Origin: Escherichia coli
GTDB taxonomy: Bacteria > Pseudomonadota > Gammaproteobacteria > Enterobacterales > Enterobacteriaceae
Length of the DNA: 64,000 nucleotides
Reading direction: 5' to 3' (one strand)
Assembly: GCF_013122565.1 (NCBI RefSeq)
Contig: NZ_CP053258.1
A program made the position numbers and the translations under genes. Below are positions 14,724 to 32,672 of the stretch, one piece after another (within the stretch, counting starts at the first letter, position 1; each line of letters opens with the position of its first letter). The notes under the pieces are model-generated. The model saw nothing but the letters and a program-made list of their open reading frames with translations, did not search any database and was not told the DNA's origin.

Positions 14724-15896
14724 TTAGCGAACAGCGCGGATGGCGTTAATTAATCCAGCCACACCTTTTTCCAGTTTCGAACGTGGGCAGCCGGCATTGA
14801 GTCGGACAAAACCACGACCTTCTTCACCGTAGGTATACCCCGGCATGATCGCGACTTTTTCTTGTTCGATAAGTGCTTTTTGCAACGCGTTGTCGTCAAT
14901 ATTCAATGGACGTAGATCAAGCCAGGCCAGATAAGTGGATTGCGGGATCTGCCAGTTGAGTTCAGGAAACGCGGCGTTCATTTTATCTGCGATATACGTC
15001 AGGTTATCTTTCAGATAGACGCGTAAGGCATCTAGCCACGGCGCGCCTTGCTGATAGGCGGCGATATGAGCAGTTAACGCCAGTACCGAAGGGGAAGAAA
15101 GCCCATCACGTCCTTTCAGTGCCGATAAATAGGCATCGCGACAACTGCTATTTTCTATAATCCCGTAAGCACCGGTCAGTGCGGGAATATTGAAACTTTT
15201 CGATCCCGACGTTAGCAACGCCCAGTCTCCCCGCGCCACATTACTCCAGGGAATATGCGGCTGCTTGCCCCAAACCATATCCATATGGATTTCATCGGAA
15301 ATAACCCTCACACCATGACGCTCGCACAGGTCAGCCATGATCTCCAGCTCATCGCACGTCCACACTTTCCCGGTAGGATTCTGTGGACTACACAGGAGCA
15401 TAATTTTACATTCTGGTTTCGCCAACACGGCTTCCAGCTTGCCCATATCGCAAAACCAGCCGTCAGCCTGCTTCTCTAAAGCAACGGGCATTACTGTGCG
15501 CTGATTACCTTCAATGGCCTTGTAAAATGCGTCATAGGCGGGTGTGTGGATCACCACGCCTTCACCTGTTTCAGACCACTGACGAATCAGTTCTGAAACC
15601 ATATAGATGACAGAAGGGCCATACACCACCGACTGAGGATCGATGGCGGTGTAATGCTGGGTGGAAAACCAGTGGGCAATAGCCGCGAGAAACTCATCGT
15701 TTTTCCAGCGGCTGTAGCCAAACACGCCGTGCATCAGGCGCTGATTCAGCGCCTCGATAATACAGGGGGCAGTGGCAAAATCCATGTCTGAAATCGTGAA
15801 AGGTAACAGGTCAGCAGTGCCGAAACGGTCAGCGACATAATCCCACTGCGTACACCATGTGCCATGACGATCCACGACCTTTGAAAAATCGAACAT
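14724..15896 (-). CDS. malY: PLP-dependent cystathionine beta-lyase / maltose regulon modulator
   Basis: 390-aa ORF recognised as MalY. Confidence 0.92.
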   Translation of the reverse strand: MFDFSKVVDRHGTWCTQWDYVADRFGTADLLPFTISDMDFATAPCIIEALNQRLMHGVFGYSRWKNDEFLAAIAHWFSTQHYTAIDPQSVVYGPSVIYMVSELIRQWSETGEGVVIHTPAYDAFYKAIEGNQRTVMPVALEKQADGWFCDMGKLEAVLAKPECKIMLLCSPQNPTGKVWTCDELEIMADLCERHGVRVISDEIHMDMVWGKQPHIPWSNVARGDWALLTSGSKSFNIPALTGAYGIIENSSCRDAYLSALKGRDGLSSPSVLALTAHIAAYQQGAPWLDALRVYLKDNLTYIADKMNAAFPELNWQIPQSTYLAWLDLRPLNIDDNALQKALIEQEKVAIMPGYTYGEEGRGFVRLNAGCPRSKLEKGVAGLINAIRAVR

Positions 15897-15905
15897 ATCT
15901 TATCC

Positions 15906-17498
15906 TTATGCCTGGACAGTATGCATCAGACCGGCCATTTCATCTTTTACTGACTGAACTTGTGGCCCGATAACAACCTGCAGGTTATGTTGATTAAGTT
16001 GTACTACGCCAATTGCCCGATTGTCCTTCAGTGCCTGCACATTAACAAGCGACATATCTTTCACAGACAAACGCAGACGGGTAATGCAGTTATCCAGGCT
16101 AACAATATTGTCGGCACCGCCTAATGCTTCGAGGATTGCAGGAACGTTGTAACCTGATTTACCCGGCGCACCGGCAACGGCTTTTTCGATTGAACTGGCA
16201 ACTTCGCTATCGCGTCCCGGGGTTTTCAGATTGAAGCGGGTGATAGCGAAACGGAAGATGACGTAGTAAACGACAAACCAGATTGCCGCCACCACTGGCA
16301 CCATGTACCACTTGGTTGACAGACCATGCAAAATACCGAACACCACAAAGTCGATGATATTGCCGTCGGTATTACCGATGGTGACGCCGAGCACAGACAT
16401 GACGGTGAAGCCGAGGCCGGTTAACAGCGCGTGGATGACATACAGAACTGGCGCTACGAACAGAAACAGGAATTCCAGCGGTTCGGTCGTGCCACCAACG
16501 ACACAGGCGATCAGGCCAGAAATCAGCAGACCTTTAATTTTATGGCGATTTTCCGGGCGCGCACAGTGAAACATCGCTAACGCTGCACCTGGCAGACCGC
16601 CGAGAAACGCAGGCATTTTGCCTTGCGAAAGGAAACGCGTGGCGCTTTCAGAAAAACCGTGAGTGGTCGGGCAACTCAATTGAGCCTGGAAGATGGTCAG
16701 TGCGCCGCTGACGGTTTGACCGCAGACTTCCTGCGTGCCGCCTGCATCGGTAAAGCGAATTAATGCCACCAGAATGTGATGCAGACCAAACGGCAACAGC
16801 AGACGTTCACCGGTACCAAACAGCATCGGTCCGAAATCACCCGCGCTATTGATCATATGGCCTAAGCCGCTAATACCCATGGCGAAAATCGGCCAGACTA
16901 ATGGAATCACCAGGCCGACAAGGCCCATCACCAGCGAGGAGATGATTGGTACGAAGCGCGTACCTCCAAAGAATGCCAGCGCATCCGGCAGGCGGATATT
17001 ATGGAATCGCTCATGCAGCATCCAGACGATAATACCGGCGATCACCGCACCGAGGATCCCGGTGTCGATCGACTGGATCCCAAGAATGCTCTGGATGTTA
17101 TTGGCTTTCAGAACGGCGGCGTCTGTGGTTGGCAGAATGCCTTTATTGGTCAACCAGAAGTTTACCGCGAGGTTCATTACCGCATAACCGACGAAGCCAG
17201 CGAATGCCGCTACGCCTTTGTTTTCGCGTGCCAGGCCCAGCGGGATGGCGATACAGAACATGACTGGCAGGAAACTAAAAGCAAACGAGCCAATCTTACT
17301 CATCCAGGTAAAGATAGCCTGCAACACGGGGTTGCCCAGGACCGGGATTAGGGTGATGACATCGTGGCTACTAAGGGAACTACCAATGCCGAGCATAATG
17401 CCGCAGAACGACAATAATGCCACGGGTAACATGAAGGTTTTGCCTAACTGCTGGAAGAACTCCCACAGCGTGACTTTCGGTGCTGTTTTCGCCGTCAT
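15906..17498 (-). CDS. malX: PTS enzyme IICB (glucose/maltose family)
   Basis: 530-aa product from ATG 17498 (MTAKTAPKV...); the track ORF is extended upstream in-frame. Confidence 0.9.
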   Translation of the reverse strand: MTAKTAPKVTLWEFFQQLGKTFMLPVALLSFCGIMLGIGSSLSSHDVITLIPVLGNPVLQAIFTWMSKIGSFAFSFLPVMFCIAIPLGLARENKGVAAFAGFVGYAVMNLAVNFWLTNKGILPTTDAAVLKANNIQSILGIQSIDTGILGAVIAGIIVWMLHERFHNIRLPDALAFFGGTRFVPIISSLVMGLVGLVIPLVWPIFAMGISGLGHMINSAGDFGPMLFGTGERLLLPFGLHHILVALIRFTDAGGTQEVCGQTVSGALTIFQAQLSCPTTHGFSESATRFLSQGKMPAFLGGLPGAALAMFHCARPENRHKIKGLLISGLIACVVGGTTEPLEFLFLFVAPVLYVIHALLTGLGFTVMSVLGVTIGNTDGNIIDFVVFGILHGLSTKWYMVPVVAAIWFVVYYVIFRFAITRFNLKTPGRDSEVASSIEKAVAGAPGKSGYNVPAILEALGGADNIVSLDNCITRLRLSVKDMSLVNVQALKDNRAIGVVQLNQHNLQVVIGPQVQSVKDEMAGLMHTVQA

Positions 17499-17512
17499 AA
17501 AACGACTCCTCA

Positions 17513-18701
<1,189 letters not shown>

Positions 18702-18812
18702 CCCTCTCTTTATCTGCTATACCTGGTAGTGTCCTTTCCTCAAGGTTAATGATAAAAAATGTGGCACACAGGCGGTGCCTTTTATTTTTACTGAAGTTCA
18801 CAGGAGGTTTAT

Positions 18813-19580
18813 GTGTTTAATTCTGACAACCTGAGACTCGACGGAAAATGCGCCATCATCACAGGTGCGGGAGCAGGTATTGGTAAAGAAATCGCCATTA
18901 CATTCGCGACAGCTGGCGCATCTGTGGTGGTCAGTGATATTAACGCCGACGCAGCTAACCATGTTGTAGACGAAATTCAACAACTGGGTGGTCAGGCATT
19001 TGCCTGCCGTTGTGATATTACTTCCGAACAGGAACTCTCTGCACTGGCAGACTTTGCCGTCAGTAAGCTGGGTAAAGTTGATATCCTGGTTAACAACGCC
19101 GGTGGCGGTGGACCTAAACCGTTTGATATGCCAATGGCGGATTTTCGCCGTGCTTATGAACTGAATGTGTTTTCTTTTTTCCATCTGTCACAACTTGTTG
19201 CGCCAGAAATGGAAAAAAATGGCGGTGGCATTATTCTGACCATCACTTCTATGGCGGCAGAAAATAAAAATATAAACATGACTTCTTATGCATCATCTAA
19301 AGCTGCGGCCAGTCATCTGGTCAGAAATATGGCGTTTGACCTGGGTGAAAAAAATATTCGGGTAAATGGCATTGCGCCGGGGGCAATATTAACCGATGCC
19401 CTGAAATCCGTTATTACACCAGAAATTGAACAAAAAATGTTACAGCACACGCCGATCAGACGTCTGGGCCAACCGCAAGATATTGCTAACGCAGCTCTGT
19501 TCCTTTGCTCGCCTGCAGCCAGCTGGGTAAGCGGACAAATTCTCACCGTCTCCGGTGGTGGGGTACAGGAGCTCAATTAA
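18813..19580 (+). CDS. hdhA: 7-alpha-hydroxysteroid dehydrogenase (SDR family)
   Basis: 255-aa ORF with GTG start; TGAGAGIG Rossmann motif and YASSK active-site motif. Confidence 0.9.
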   Translation: MFNSDNLRLDGKCAIITGAGAGIGKEIAITFATAGASVVVSDINADAANHVVDEIQQLGGQAFACRCDITSEQELSALADFAVSKLGKVDILVNNAGGGGPKPFDMPMADFRRAYELNVFSFFHLSQLVAPEMEKNGGGIILTITSMAAENKNINMTSYASSKAAASHLVRNMAFDLGEKNIRVNGIAPGAILTDALKSVITPEIEQKMLQHTPIRRLGQPQDIANAALFLCSPAASWVSGQILTVSGGGVQELN

Positions 19581-19808
19581 TACACTAACGAACCGGTAAA
19601 CAGCCGTATGTGTTGTTTACCGGGATAGCGTGTGCAATTCATCAACGTCTCTGCTAAACAACTGGCAGCCAAATTACGGCTATTGGTTAACCAATAACTG
19701 GATGAAAAGCATACGAATAGAGTGTGCCTTCGCACTATTCAACAGCAATGATAGGCGCTCACCTGACAACGCGGTAAACTAGTTATTCATGCTAACTATA
19801 ATGATTTA

Positions 19809-20399
19809 ATGATGGATAACATGCAGACTGAAGCACAACCGACACGGACCCGGATCCTCAATGCTGCCAGAGAGATTTTTTCAGAAAATGGATTTCACAG
19901 TGCCTCGATGAAAGCCATCTGTAAATCTTGCGCCATTAGTCCCGGGACGCTCTATCACCATTTCATCTCCAAAGAAGCCTTGATTCAGGCGATTATCTTA
20001 CAGGACCAGGAGAGGGCGCTGGCCCGTTTTCGGGAACCGATTGAAGGGATTCATTTTGTTGACTATATGGTTGAGTCTATTGTCTCTCTCACCCATGAAG
20101 CCTTTGGGCAACGGGCGCTGGTGGTCGAAATTATGGCGGAAGGGATGCGTAACCCACAGGTCGCCGCCATGCTTAAAAATAAGCATATGACGATCACGGA
20201 GTTTGTTGCCCAACGGATGCGTGATGCCCAGCAAAAAGGCGAAATAAGCCCAGAAATCAACACGGCAATGACTTCACGTTTACTGCTGGATCTGACCTAC
20301 GGTGTACTGGCCGATATCGAAGCGGAAGACCTGGCGCGCGAAGCGTCGTTTGCTCAGGGATTACGCGCGATGATTGGCGGTATCTTAACCGCATCCTGA
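19809..20399 (+). CDS. uidR: TetR-family repressor of the uid operon
   Basis: 196-aa ORF with N-terminal TetR HTH, directly upstream of uidA. Confidence 0.88.
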   Translation: MMDNMQTEAQPTRTRILNAAREIFSENGFHSASMKAICKSCAISPGTLYHHFISKEALIQAIILQDQERALARFREPIEGIHFVDYMVESIVSLTHEAFGQRALVVEIMAEGMRNPQVAAMLKNKHMTITEFVAQRMRDAQQKGEISPEINTAMTSRLLLDLTYGVLADIEAEDLAREASFAQGLRAMIGGILTAS

Positions 20400-20700
20400 T
20401 CCTCTTATTTCGCGGGCTGGTGATAACTGTGCCCGCGTTTCATATCGTAATTTCTCTGTGCAAAAATTATCCTCCCCGGGTTTGGAGAATTCCCCCCAAA
20501 ATATTCACCATAGCCATATGTCATGAGAGTTTATCGTTCCTAATACGCCCGAACGAACGTTCGATTGCTTATTTTATGGCTTCTGTCAACGCTGTTTTAA
20601 AGATTAATGCGATCAATATCACGCTGTGGGTATTGCAGTTTTTGGTTTTTTGATCGCGGTGTCAGTTCTTTTTATTTCCATTTCTCTTCCATGGGTTTCT

Positions 20701-20724
20701 CACAGATAACTGTGTGCAACACAG
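20701..20724. promoter_or_regulatory. nested palindromes upstream of uidA (candidate UidR/UxuR operator)
   Basis: CACAG-ataa-CTGTG-tgcaa-CACAG; arms form overlapping inverted repeats about 60-85 bp upstream of the uidA ATG. Confidence 0.4.
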
Positions 20725-20734
20725 AATTGGTTAA

Positions 20735-23967
<3,233 letters not shown>

Positions 23968-24005
23968 TATTCAATAAAAATAATCAGAACATCAAAGGTG
24001 CAACT

Positions 24006-25271
24006 ATGAGAAAAATAGTGGCCATGGCCGTTATTTGCCTGACGGCTGCCTCTGGCCTTACCTCTGCTTACGCGGCGCAACTGGCTGACGATGAAGCGGG
24101 ACTACGCATCAGACTGAAAAACGAATTGCGCAGGGCTGATAAGCCCAGTGCTGGCGCGGGAAGAGATATTTACGCATGGGTACAGGGAGGATTGCTCGAT
24201 TTCAATAGTGGTTATTATTCCAATATTATTGGCGTTGAAGGCGGAGCGTATTATGTTTATAAATTAGGTGCTCGTGCTGATATGAGTACCCGGTGGTATC
24301 TTGATGGTGATAAAAGTTTTGGCTTTGCCCTGGGGGCAGTAAAAATAAAACCCAGTGAAAATAGCCTGCTTAAATTAGGTCGCTTCGGGACGGATTATAG
24401 TTATGGTAGCTTACCTTATCGTATTCCGTTAATGGCTGGCAGTTCGCAACGTACATTACCGACAGTTTCTGAAGGAGCATTAGGTTATTGGGCTTTAACG
24501 CCAAATATTGATCTGTGGGGAATGTGGCGTTCACGAGTATTTTTATGGACCGATTCAACAACCGGTATTCGTGATGAAGGGGTGTATAACAGCCAGACGG
24601 GAAAATACGATAAACATCGCGCACGTTCTTTTTTAGCCGCCAGTTGGCATGATGATACCAGTCGCTATTCTCTGGGGGCATCGGTACAGAAAGATGTTTC
24701 CAGTCAGATACAAAGTATTCTCGAGAAAAGCATACCGCTCGACCCGAATTATACGTTGAAAGGAGAGTTGCTCGGCTTTTACGCGCAACTCGAAGGTTTA
24801 AGTCGTAATACCAGCCAGCCCAATGAAACGGCGTTGGTTAGTGGACAATTGACCTGGAATGCGCCGTGGGGAAGCGTATTTGGCAGTGGTGGTTATTTGC
24901 GCCATGCAATGAATGGTGCCGTGGTGGATACCGACATTGGCTATCCCTTTTCATTAAGTCTTGATCGTAACCGTGAAGGAATGCAGTCCTGGCAATTGGG
25001 CGTCAACTATCGTTTAACTCCGCAATTTACACTGACATTTGCACCGATTGTGACTCGCGGCTATGAATCCAGTAAACGAGATGTGCGGATTGAAGGCGCG
25101 GGTATCTTAGGTGGTATGAACTATCGGGTCAGCGAAGGGCCGTTACAGGGGATGAATTTCTTTCTTGCTGCCGATAAAGGGCGGGAAAAGCGCGATGGCA
25201 GTACGCTGGGCGATCGCCTGAATTACTGGGATGTGAAAATGAGCATTCAGTATGACTTTATGCTGAAGTAA
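24006..25271 (+). CDS. uidC: outer-membrane glucuronide porin
   Basis: 421-aa ORF with signal peptide and C-terminal aromatic residue (...IQYDFMLK). Confidence 0.88.
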   Translation: MRKIVAMAVICLTAASGLTSAYAAQLADDEAGLRIRLKNELRRADKPSAGAGRDIYAWVQGGLLDFNSGYYSNIIGVEGGAYYVYKLGARADMSTRWYLDGDKSFGFALGAVKIKPSENSLLKLGRFGTDYSYGSLPYRIPLMAGSSQRTLPTVSEGALGYWALTPNIDLWGMWRSRVFLWTDSTTGIRDEGVYNSQTGKYDKHRARSFLAASWHDDTSRYSLGASVQKDVSSQIQSILEKSIPLDPNYTLKGELLGFYAQLEGLSRNTSQPNETALVSGQLTWNAPWGSVFGSGGYLRHAMNGAVVDTDIGYPFSLSLDRNREGMQSWQLGVNYRLTPQFTLTFAPIVTRGYESSKRDVRIEGAGILGGMNYRVSEGPLQGMNFFLAADKGREKRDGSTLGDRLNYWDVKMSIQYDFMLK

Positions 25272-25277
25272 GAAAAA

Positions 25278-25301
25278 CGCCGGAGAGAAAATTCTCCGGC
25301 G
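25278..25301 (+). terminator. hairpin terminator after uidC
   Basis: inverted repeat cgccggaga / tctccggcg followed by ttt. Confidence 0.6.
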
Positions 25302-25334
25302 TTTCAGATTGTTGACAAAGTGCGCGTTTTTTAT

Positions 25335-25432
25335 GCCGGATGCGGCGTAAACGCCTTATCCAGCCTACAAAAGCTCATAAATTCAAAATGTTGCAGGAAA
25401 AGGTAGGCCTGATAAGCGTAGCGCATCAGGCA
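25335..25432. repeat. REP pair (BIME) in the uidC-ydgA convergent intergenic region
   Basis: gccggatgcggcgtaaacgccttatccagcctac (25335-25368) and inverted copy gtaggcctgataagcgtagcgcatcaggc (25403-25431). Confidence 0.85.
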
Positions 25433-25495
25433 ATCTCTGGTTTGTAATCAGACGAATACGCCGGAGTGAAAATTCTCCGGCGTTTTGGCCGTGAA

Positions 25496-27004
25496 TTACT
25501 GCTGCGGAATTGCCGGTACAGCCGGAACGTTAAGAGCTGGCATCGCAAACATGCCAACAAAATCTTCTAACGACATTTTCTGCCCGTTTAACGTGATCTG
25601 ACCGTTAGTATATTGCAGGCTGGTGGTGATGGTATTGTCCTGCAAGGTGGTCAGACGGAACATCTGCCCCATTGCTGATGCACCTTCAACTTGCTGTTTC
25701 GCCAGTTTTTTCGCTTGATCTTCCTGATAACCTTCCAGCTTCGCTACCTGAGTCATCAACTCAGTTGCCATATCCACCGGAATGGTCAGTTTCGCATCCA
25801 GAGATTTAACCGAACGATCTACTTCCTGCGCCAGCGTTTGCGGCGCTTCTTTAGTCGTTGCCGGATCTTTCAGGAACAGCGACAGATTCAGTGCACTTTC
25901 ACCCTGACTGTTTTTCCAGCTTAGTGGCGCGATAGTAATCACCGGATCGCCTTTCAACATCAGCGGCAGGGCGCTAAAGAAGGCTTCCGTCACTTTCTCC
26001 TGATAAAGTTCTGGATTGTTGGCAATTTCTGGCTGTGCCAGCAGCGCCTGAGTTTGCGCGTTATATTGCTGGCTAAACTGATGCCAGGCTTCGCCATCAA
26101 TTTGGCCGACTTTTAAAGTCAGCTTGCCGCTGCCCAGATCCTGATTCTGTACCTTCAGGCTGTTTAGCGAGTAATCCAGTTGGCTATTGATCGTTTTACC
26201 GTCATTGACCAGATCCGATTTACCGCTGATCTCCATGCCTTCCAGCAGTGCCAGTTCTTTGCCTTCCACTGAAATGGTCATTTTTTCCAGTGACAGTTTT
26301 TGATTTCCTACGCGCTCACCAAAACTTGCCAGCGTGCTGGAACCGTCGGTTTTCAGATTATTAAAGGTCAACTGTACTTTCTGGTTGTATTCGTTAACCG
26401 CGTCTATCCGACCACTTTGCGCCTCCCCGGAAAGGGAGATAGCTTTGCCGTCTCTGTCTGCATTTAACTGGAACTCGCCGCCGCTAAAGGCGACTTTTTC
26501 ATCCTTTTGCTCGTAATTCAGTGGCTTGAGCGAAATATCGGAACTGGAATCTCCGCTGTAACCAATGCGGGAGTTAATCTCAAAAGGCGTTTCACCTTTT
26601 GCCATATCAAACAGTGGCTTGCTAACTTCATTATTAACCAGCGTGGTTTGAATTGATGCCATCGACGGGATCAGGTTCAGTTTTTTTAGCTGGGCAAGGG
26701 GGAAGGGACCATGATCAACCGATTCGTTGAAGATGACGCTCTGACCGCTTTTAATCCACGGATTTTCTTTCCCGGCAATGGGTTTCACCAACAGTTGCAG
26801 CTGACTGCTGAATACGCCGCGATGATAGTTTTGATAACTCACTTCCAGGTTGGATTCAGGAGCGGTCAGTTTGAGTTGCGCGTTCGCCTGCGCGACCATG
26901 TCTTCGAGATGGGTTTCAATCTTCTTGCCTGTATACCATGCGCCGCCTGTCCAGACTACGCCTAGCGCAACAATGACGCCTACCGCTACCAGCGATTTAT
27001 TCAT
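25496..27004 (-). CDS. ydgA: DUF945-family exported/membrane-anchored protein YdgA
   Basis: 502-aa ORF with N-terminal signal/anchor. Confidence 0.85.
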   Translation of the reverse strand: MNKSLVAVGVIVALGVVWTGGAWYTGKKIETHLEDMVAQANAQLKLTAPESNLEVSYQNYHRGVFSSQLQLLVKPIAGKENPWIKSGQSVIFNESVDHGPFPLAQLKKLNLIPSMASIQTTLVNNEVSKPLFDMAKGETPFEINSRIGYSGDSSSDISLKPLNYEQKDEKVAFSGGEFQLNADRDGKAISLSGEAQSGRIDAVNEYNQKVQLTFNNLKTDGSSTLASFGERVGNQKLSLEKMTISVEGKELALLEGMEISGKSDLVNDGKTINSQLDYSLNSLKVQNQDLGSGKLTLKVGQIDGEAWHQFSQQYNAQTQALLAQPEIANNPELYQEKVTEAFFSALPLMLKGDPVITIAPLSWKNSQGESALNLSLFLKDPATTKEAPQTLAQEVDRSVKSLDAKLTIPVDMATELMTQVAKLEGYQEDQAKKLAKQQVEGASAMGQMFRLTTLQDNTITTSLQYTNGQITLNGQKMSLEDFVGMFAMPALNVPAVPAIPQQ

Positions 27005-27104
27005 AATGATTATCCATAAAATGAAATCAGGCGGACTGGCCGCCTGAAGGTGTTATAAGCCTTTAATAAGCTTAGCAAGAGATGTTAATTTTTTCAGTAA
27101 GCTC

Positions 27105-28280
27105 TTACAGCTTGTTGTAAACACGCGCTAAACGGCCGTGGCCTTTGACAGTCACCGGTGATTCGTTGGCGGCAATAAACGCTGATTCACCCGATTTAAG
27201 CTGTAACTGCTGAGAACCTTTCCACAACGTTGCATCGCCTTCGACGCAGAACAAAATGGCGGCACTCTGCTGGCTAATGGTGGTTTCTTTATCACTAAGG
27301 TCATGCAGCGAGAAGGCAAAATCATCCACAGGAATCGGGAAGTCCAGTTCTGCACCTTGTTTCACCGGCTGGGTCAACAACTGGTTAGCCGGTTTGGCTT
27401 CGAACTTCACATTGGCAACCAGTTCCGGAATATCAATGTATTTAGGCGTCAGACCCGCACGCAGCACGTTATCGGAGTTCGCCATCACTTCCAGCGCCAC
27501 GCCTTGCAGGTAAGCGTGCGGCGTTTCAGCGAACAGGAACATCGCTTCGCCAGGATTCAATTTCACCACATTCAGCAACAGCGGGGAGAACAGACCGCTG
27601 TCATCCGGGTAAAATTCAGAAATTAAACGAATCGTTTGCCACGGTTCACCCTGCTGACTGTCGAGCGCCGATTTTAAAATCGCCAGCGCGCGGGATTTTT
27701 CTTCACCCTGCATATTCAACAGGCTGGCGAACAGTTCGCTTAAACGTTCGGCATTAGGCTGTTGTAAAAAGTGAGCAATTGCCGGATGTGCACCTGCGAC
27801 TGGCTGGAGTAGGGAGACAATCTCGGAAAACTCACGAAACGCGTTCATCGCAAGGAAAGGCGTCAGCGCAAAAACCAGCTCCGGCTTGTGGTTAGGATCT
27901 TTATAGTTACGCTCGGCGGCATCCATCGGGATACCTGCGGCATTTTCTTTGGCAAAACCGATTTCAGAATTGCGTTTGTTTGGATGAACCTGAATGGAGA
28001 GCGGCTGTGCTGCGCATAATACTTTGAACAGGAAAGGCAGTTCGCCAAAGCGTTTGGCAACGGCCTCTCCGAGCAGAGTCGATTTATCACTCTCAATCAC
28101 ATCACGCAGTGAAACGATATCTCCGGCGGCATTCTGCACTCGTGAACTGCTTTTCGGATGTGCGCCCATCCACAGCTCGGCCATCGGCTGGCTGGACGGA
28201 TTTTCCATACCATAAAGTTCAGTCAACGCCGTTTTGCTGCCCCAGGCATAGTTTTGCACTGAGTTAATGAGTTTTTGCAT
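27105..28280 (-). CDS. manA: mannose-6-phosphate isomerase
   Basis: 391-aa product from ATG 28280 (MQKLINSVQNYAWGSK...); the track ORF is extended upstream. Confidence 0.92.
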   Translation of the reverse strand: MQKLINSVQNYAWGSKTALTELYGMENPSSQPMAELWMGAHPKSSSRVQNAAGDIVSLRDVIESDKSTLLGEAVAKRFGELPFLFKVLCAAQPLSIQVHPNKRNSEIGFAKENAAGIPMDAAERNYKDPNHKPELVFALTPFLAMNAFREFSEIVSLLQPVAGAHPAIAHFLQQPNAERLSELFASLLNMQGEEKSRALAILKSALDSQQGEPWQTIRLISEFYPDDSGLFSPLLLNVVKLNPGEAMFLFAETPHAYLQGVALEVMANSDNVLRAGLTPKYIDIPELVANVKFEAKPANQLLTQPVKQGAELDFPIPVDDFAFSLHDLSDKETTISQQSAAILFCVEGDATLWKGSQQLQLKSGESAFIAANESPVTVKGHGRLARVYNKL

Positions 28281-28478
28281 GATCAATCCCTGTTTTAATG
28301 TGGAAATTAATCCCGCTATTAAAGCAAGAATCCTACGGGAAGTAACCTGGAGCCGCAAAAAGTCGTACTAGTCTCAGTTTTTGTTAAAAAAGTGTGTAGG
28401 ATATTGTTACTCGCTTTTAACAGGGCAACGGAACACCCGCCCAGAGCATAACCAAACCAGGCAGTAAGTGAGAGAACA

Positions 28479-30125
28479 ATGTCAAACAAACCCTTTCATT
28501 ATCAGGCTCCTTTTCCACTCAAAAAAGATGATACTGAGTATTACCTGCTAACCAGCGAACACGTTAGCGTATCTGAATTTGAAGGGCAGGAGATTTTGAA
28601 AGTCGCACCCGAAGCGTTAACTCTGTTGGCGCGTCAGGCGTTTCATGATGCGTCATTTATGCTGCGTCCGGCTCACCAACAACAGGTGGCCGACATTCTG
28701 CGTGACCCGGAAGCCAGCGAAAATGATAAATATGTGGCGCTGCAATTCCTGCGCAACTCCGACATAGCGGCGAAAGGCGTTCTGCCAACCTGTCAGGATA
28801 CCGGCACTGCGATTATTGTTGGTAAAAAAGGGCAGCGTGTATGGACCGGTGGCGGTGATGAAGCGGCGCTGGCGCGCGGTGTTTATAACACTTATATCGA
28901 AGATAATCTGCGCTACTCGCAAAACGCGCCGCTGGATATGTATAAAGAGGTGAATACCGGCACCAATCTACCAGCGCAGATCGATCTTTATGCCGTTGAT
29001 GGCGACGAGTACAAATTCCTCTGTATCGCCAAAGGTGGTGGTTCGGCAAACAAGACGTATCTCTATCAGGAAACCAAAGCGTTACTAACGCCGGGGAAAC
29101 TGAAAAATTACCTGGTTGAGAAGATGCGCACGCTGGGTACGGCGGCCTGTCCTCCGTATCATATTGCGTTCGTTATTGGTGGAACTTCTGCAGAAACGAA
29201 CCTTAAAACGGTGAAACTGGCTTCCGCTAAATACTATGATGAACTGCCAACGGAAGGGAATGAGCACGGACAGGCGTTCCGCGATGTGGAACTGGAAAAA
29301 GAATTGCTGATCGAAGCGCAAAATCTTGGTCTGGGTGCGCAGTTTGGTGGTAAATACTTCGCTCACGACATCCGCGTGATTCGCCTGCCACGTCACGGCG
29401 CATCCTGCCCGGTCGGTATGGGCGTCTCCTGTTCTGCTGACCGTAATATCAAAGCGAAGATCAACCGTCAGGGGATCTGGATCGAAAAACTGGAACATAA
29501 TCCAGGCAAATATATCCCGGAAGAGCTGCGCAAAGCGGGAGAAGGTGAAGCGGTGCGCGTTGACCTTAACCGTCCGATGAAAGAGATCCTCGCCCAGTTG
29601 TCGCAGTATCCCGTTTCTACACGCTTATCGCTTAACGGCACGATTATCGTCGGTCGTGATATTGCTCACGCCAAACTGAAAGAGCGGATGGATAACGGTG
29701 AAGGGCTGCCGCAGTACATTAAAGATCATCCGATTTACTATGCGGGTCCGGCCAAAACGCCGGAAGGTTATGCCTCCGGTTCTCTTGGCCCAACGACCGC
29801 CGGACGGATGGATTCTTATGTCGATCAACTGCAAGCGCAGGGCGGAAGTATGATCATGCTGGCGAAAGGCAACCGCAGCCAGCAGGTGACGGATGCCTGT
29901 AAAAAACACGGTGGCTTCTACCTTGGCAGTATCGGTGGTCCGGCCGCTGTATTGGCGCAGGGTAGTATTAAGAGCCTGGAATGTGTTGAATATCCGGAAC
30001 TGGGAATGGAAGCCATCTGGAAAATTGAAGTGGAAGATTTCCCGGCGTTTATTCTTGTGGATGATAAAGGAAATGACTTCTTCCAGCAGATACAACTCAC
30101 ACAATGCACCCGCTGTGTGAAATAA
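28479..30125 (+). CDS. fumA: class I (Fe-S) fumarate hydratase
   Basis: 548-aa ORF recognised as FumA. Confidence 0.93.
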   Translation: MSNKPFHYQAPFPLKKDDTEYYLLTSEHVSVSEFEGQEILKVAPEALTLLARQAFHDASFMLRPAHQQQVADILRDPEASENDKYVALQFLRNSDIAAKGVLPTCQDTGTAIIVGKKGQRVWTGGGDEAALARGVYNTYIEDNLRYSQNAPLDMYKEVNTGTNLPAQIDLYAVDGDEYKFLCIAKGGGSANKTYLYQETKALLTPGKLKNYLVEKMRTLGTAACPPYHIAFVIGGTSAETNLKTVKLASAKYYDELPTEGNEHGQAFRDVELEKELLIEAQNLGLGAQFGGKYFAHDIRVIRLPRHGASCPVGMGVSCSADRNIKAKINRQGIWIEKLEHNPGKYIPEELRKAGEGEAVRVDLNRPMKEILAQLSQYPVSTRLSLNGTIIVGRDIAHAKLKERMDNGEGLPQYIKDHPIYYAGPAKTPEGYASGSLGPTTAGRMDSYVDQLQAQGGSMIMLAKGNRSQQVTDACKKHGGFYLGSIGGPAAVLAQGSIKSLECVEYPELGMEAIWKIEVEDFPAFILVDDKGNDFFQQIQLTQCTRCVK

Positions 30126-30129
30126 ACAG

Positions 30130-30154
30130 AGCCGCCCTTCGGGGCGGTTTTTTT
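30130..30154 (+). terminator. rho-independent terminator after fumA
   Basis: ccgccc-ttcg-gggcgg hairpin followed by a 7-nt T-run. Confidence 0.75.
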
Positions 30155-30267
30155 ACATGGCACGAAAGACCAAACATTTGTTATCAAATGGTAAATAATG
30201 AGTGAGCTAAAAGTTGCTTAACGAAAGCAAAACAGAAAGAAAAAATTAATCAGGTGAGGAGCAGGCC

Positions 30268-32630
<2,363 letters not shown>

Positions 32631-32672
32631 TTATAGCACAGTCGTGGTGACTTGACCATCGTGCGCGTAGTG

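Noticed and set aside
20420-20653. 77-aa ORF between uidR and uidA
   Set aside because: Lies in the operator/promoter region with no RBS or homology signal; likely spurious.
25335-25432. Possibility that the repeated palindromic units are a CRISPR array or IS terminal repeats
   Set aside because: Only two inverted REP-type units with no regular spacer-repeat periodicity and no transposase ORF; this is a BIME, not CRISPR or IS.
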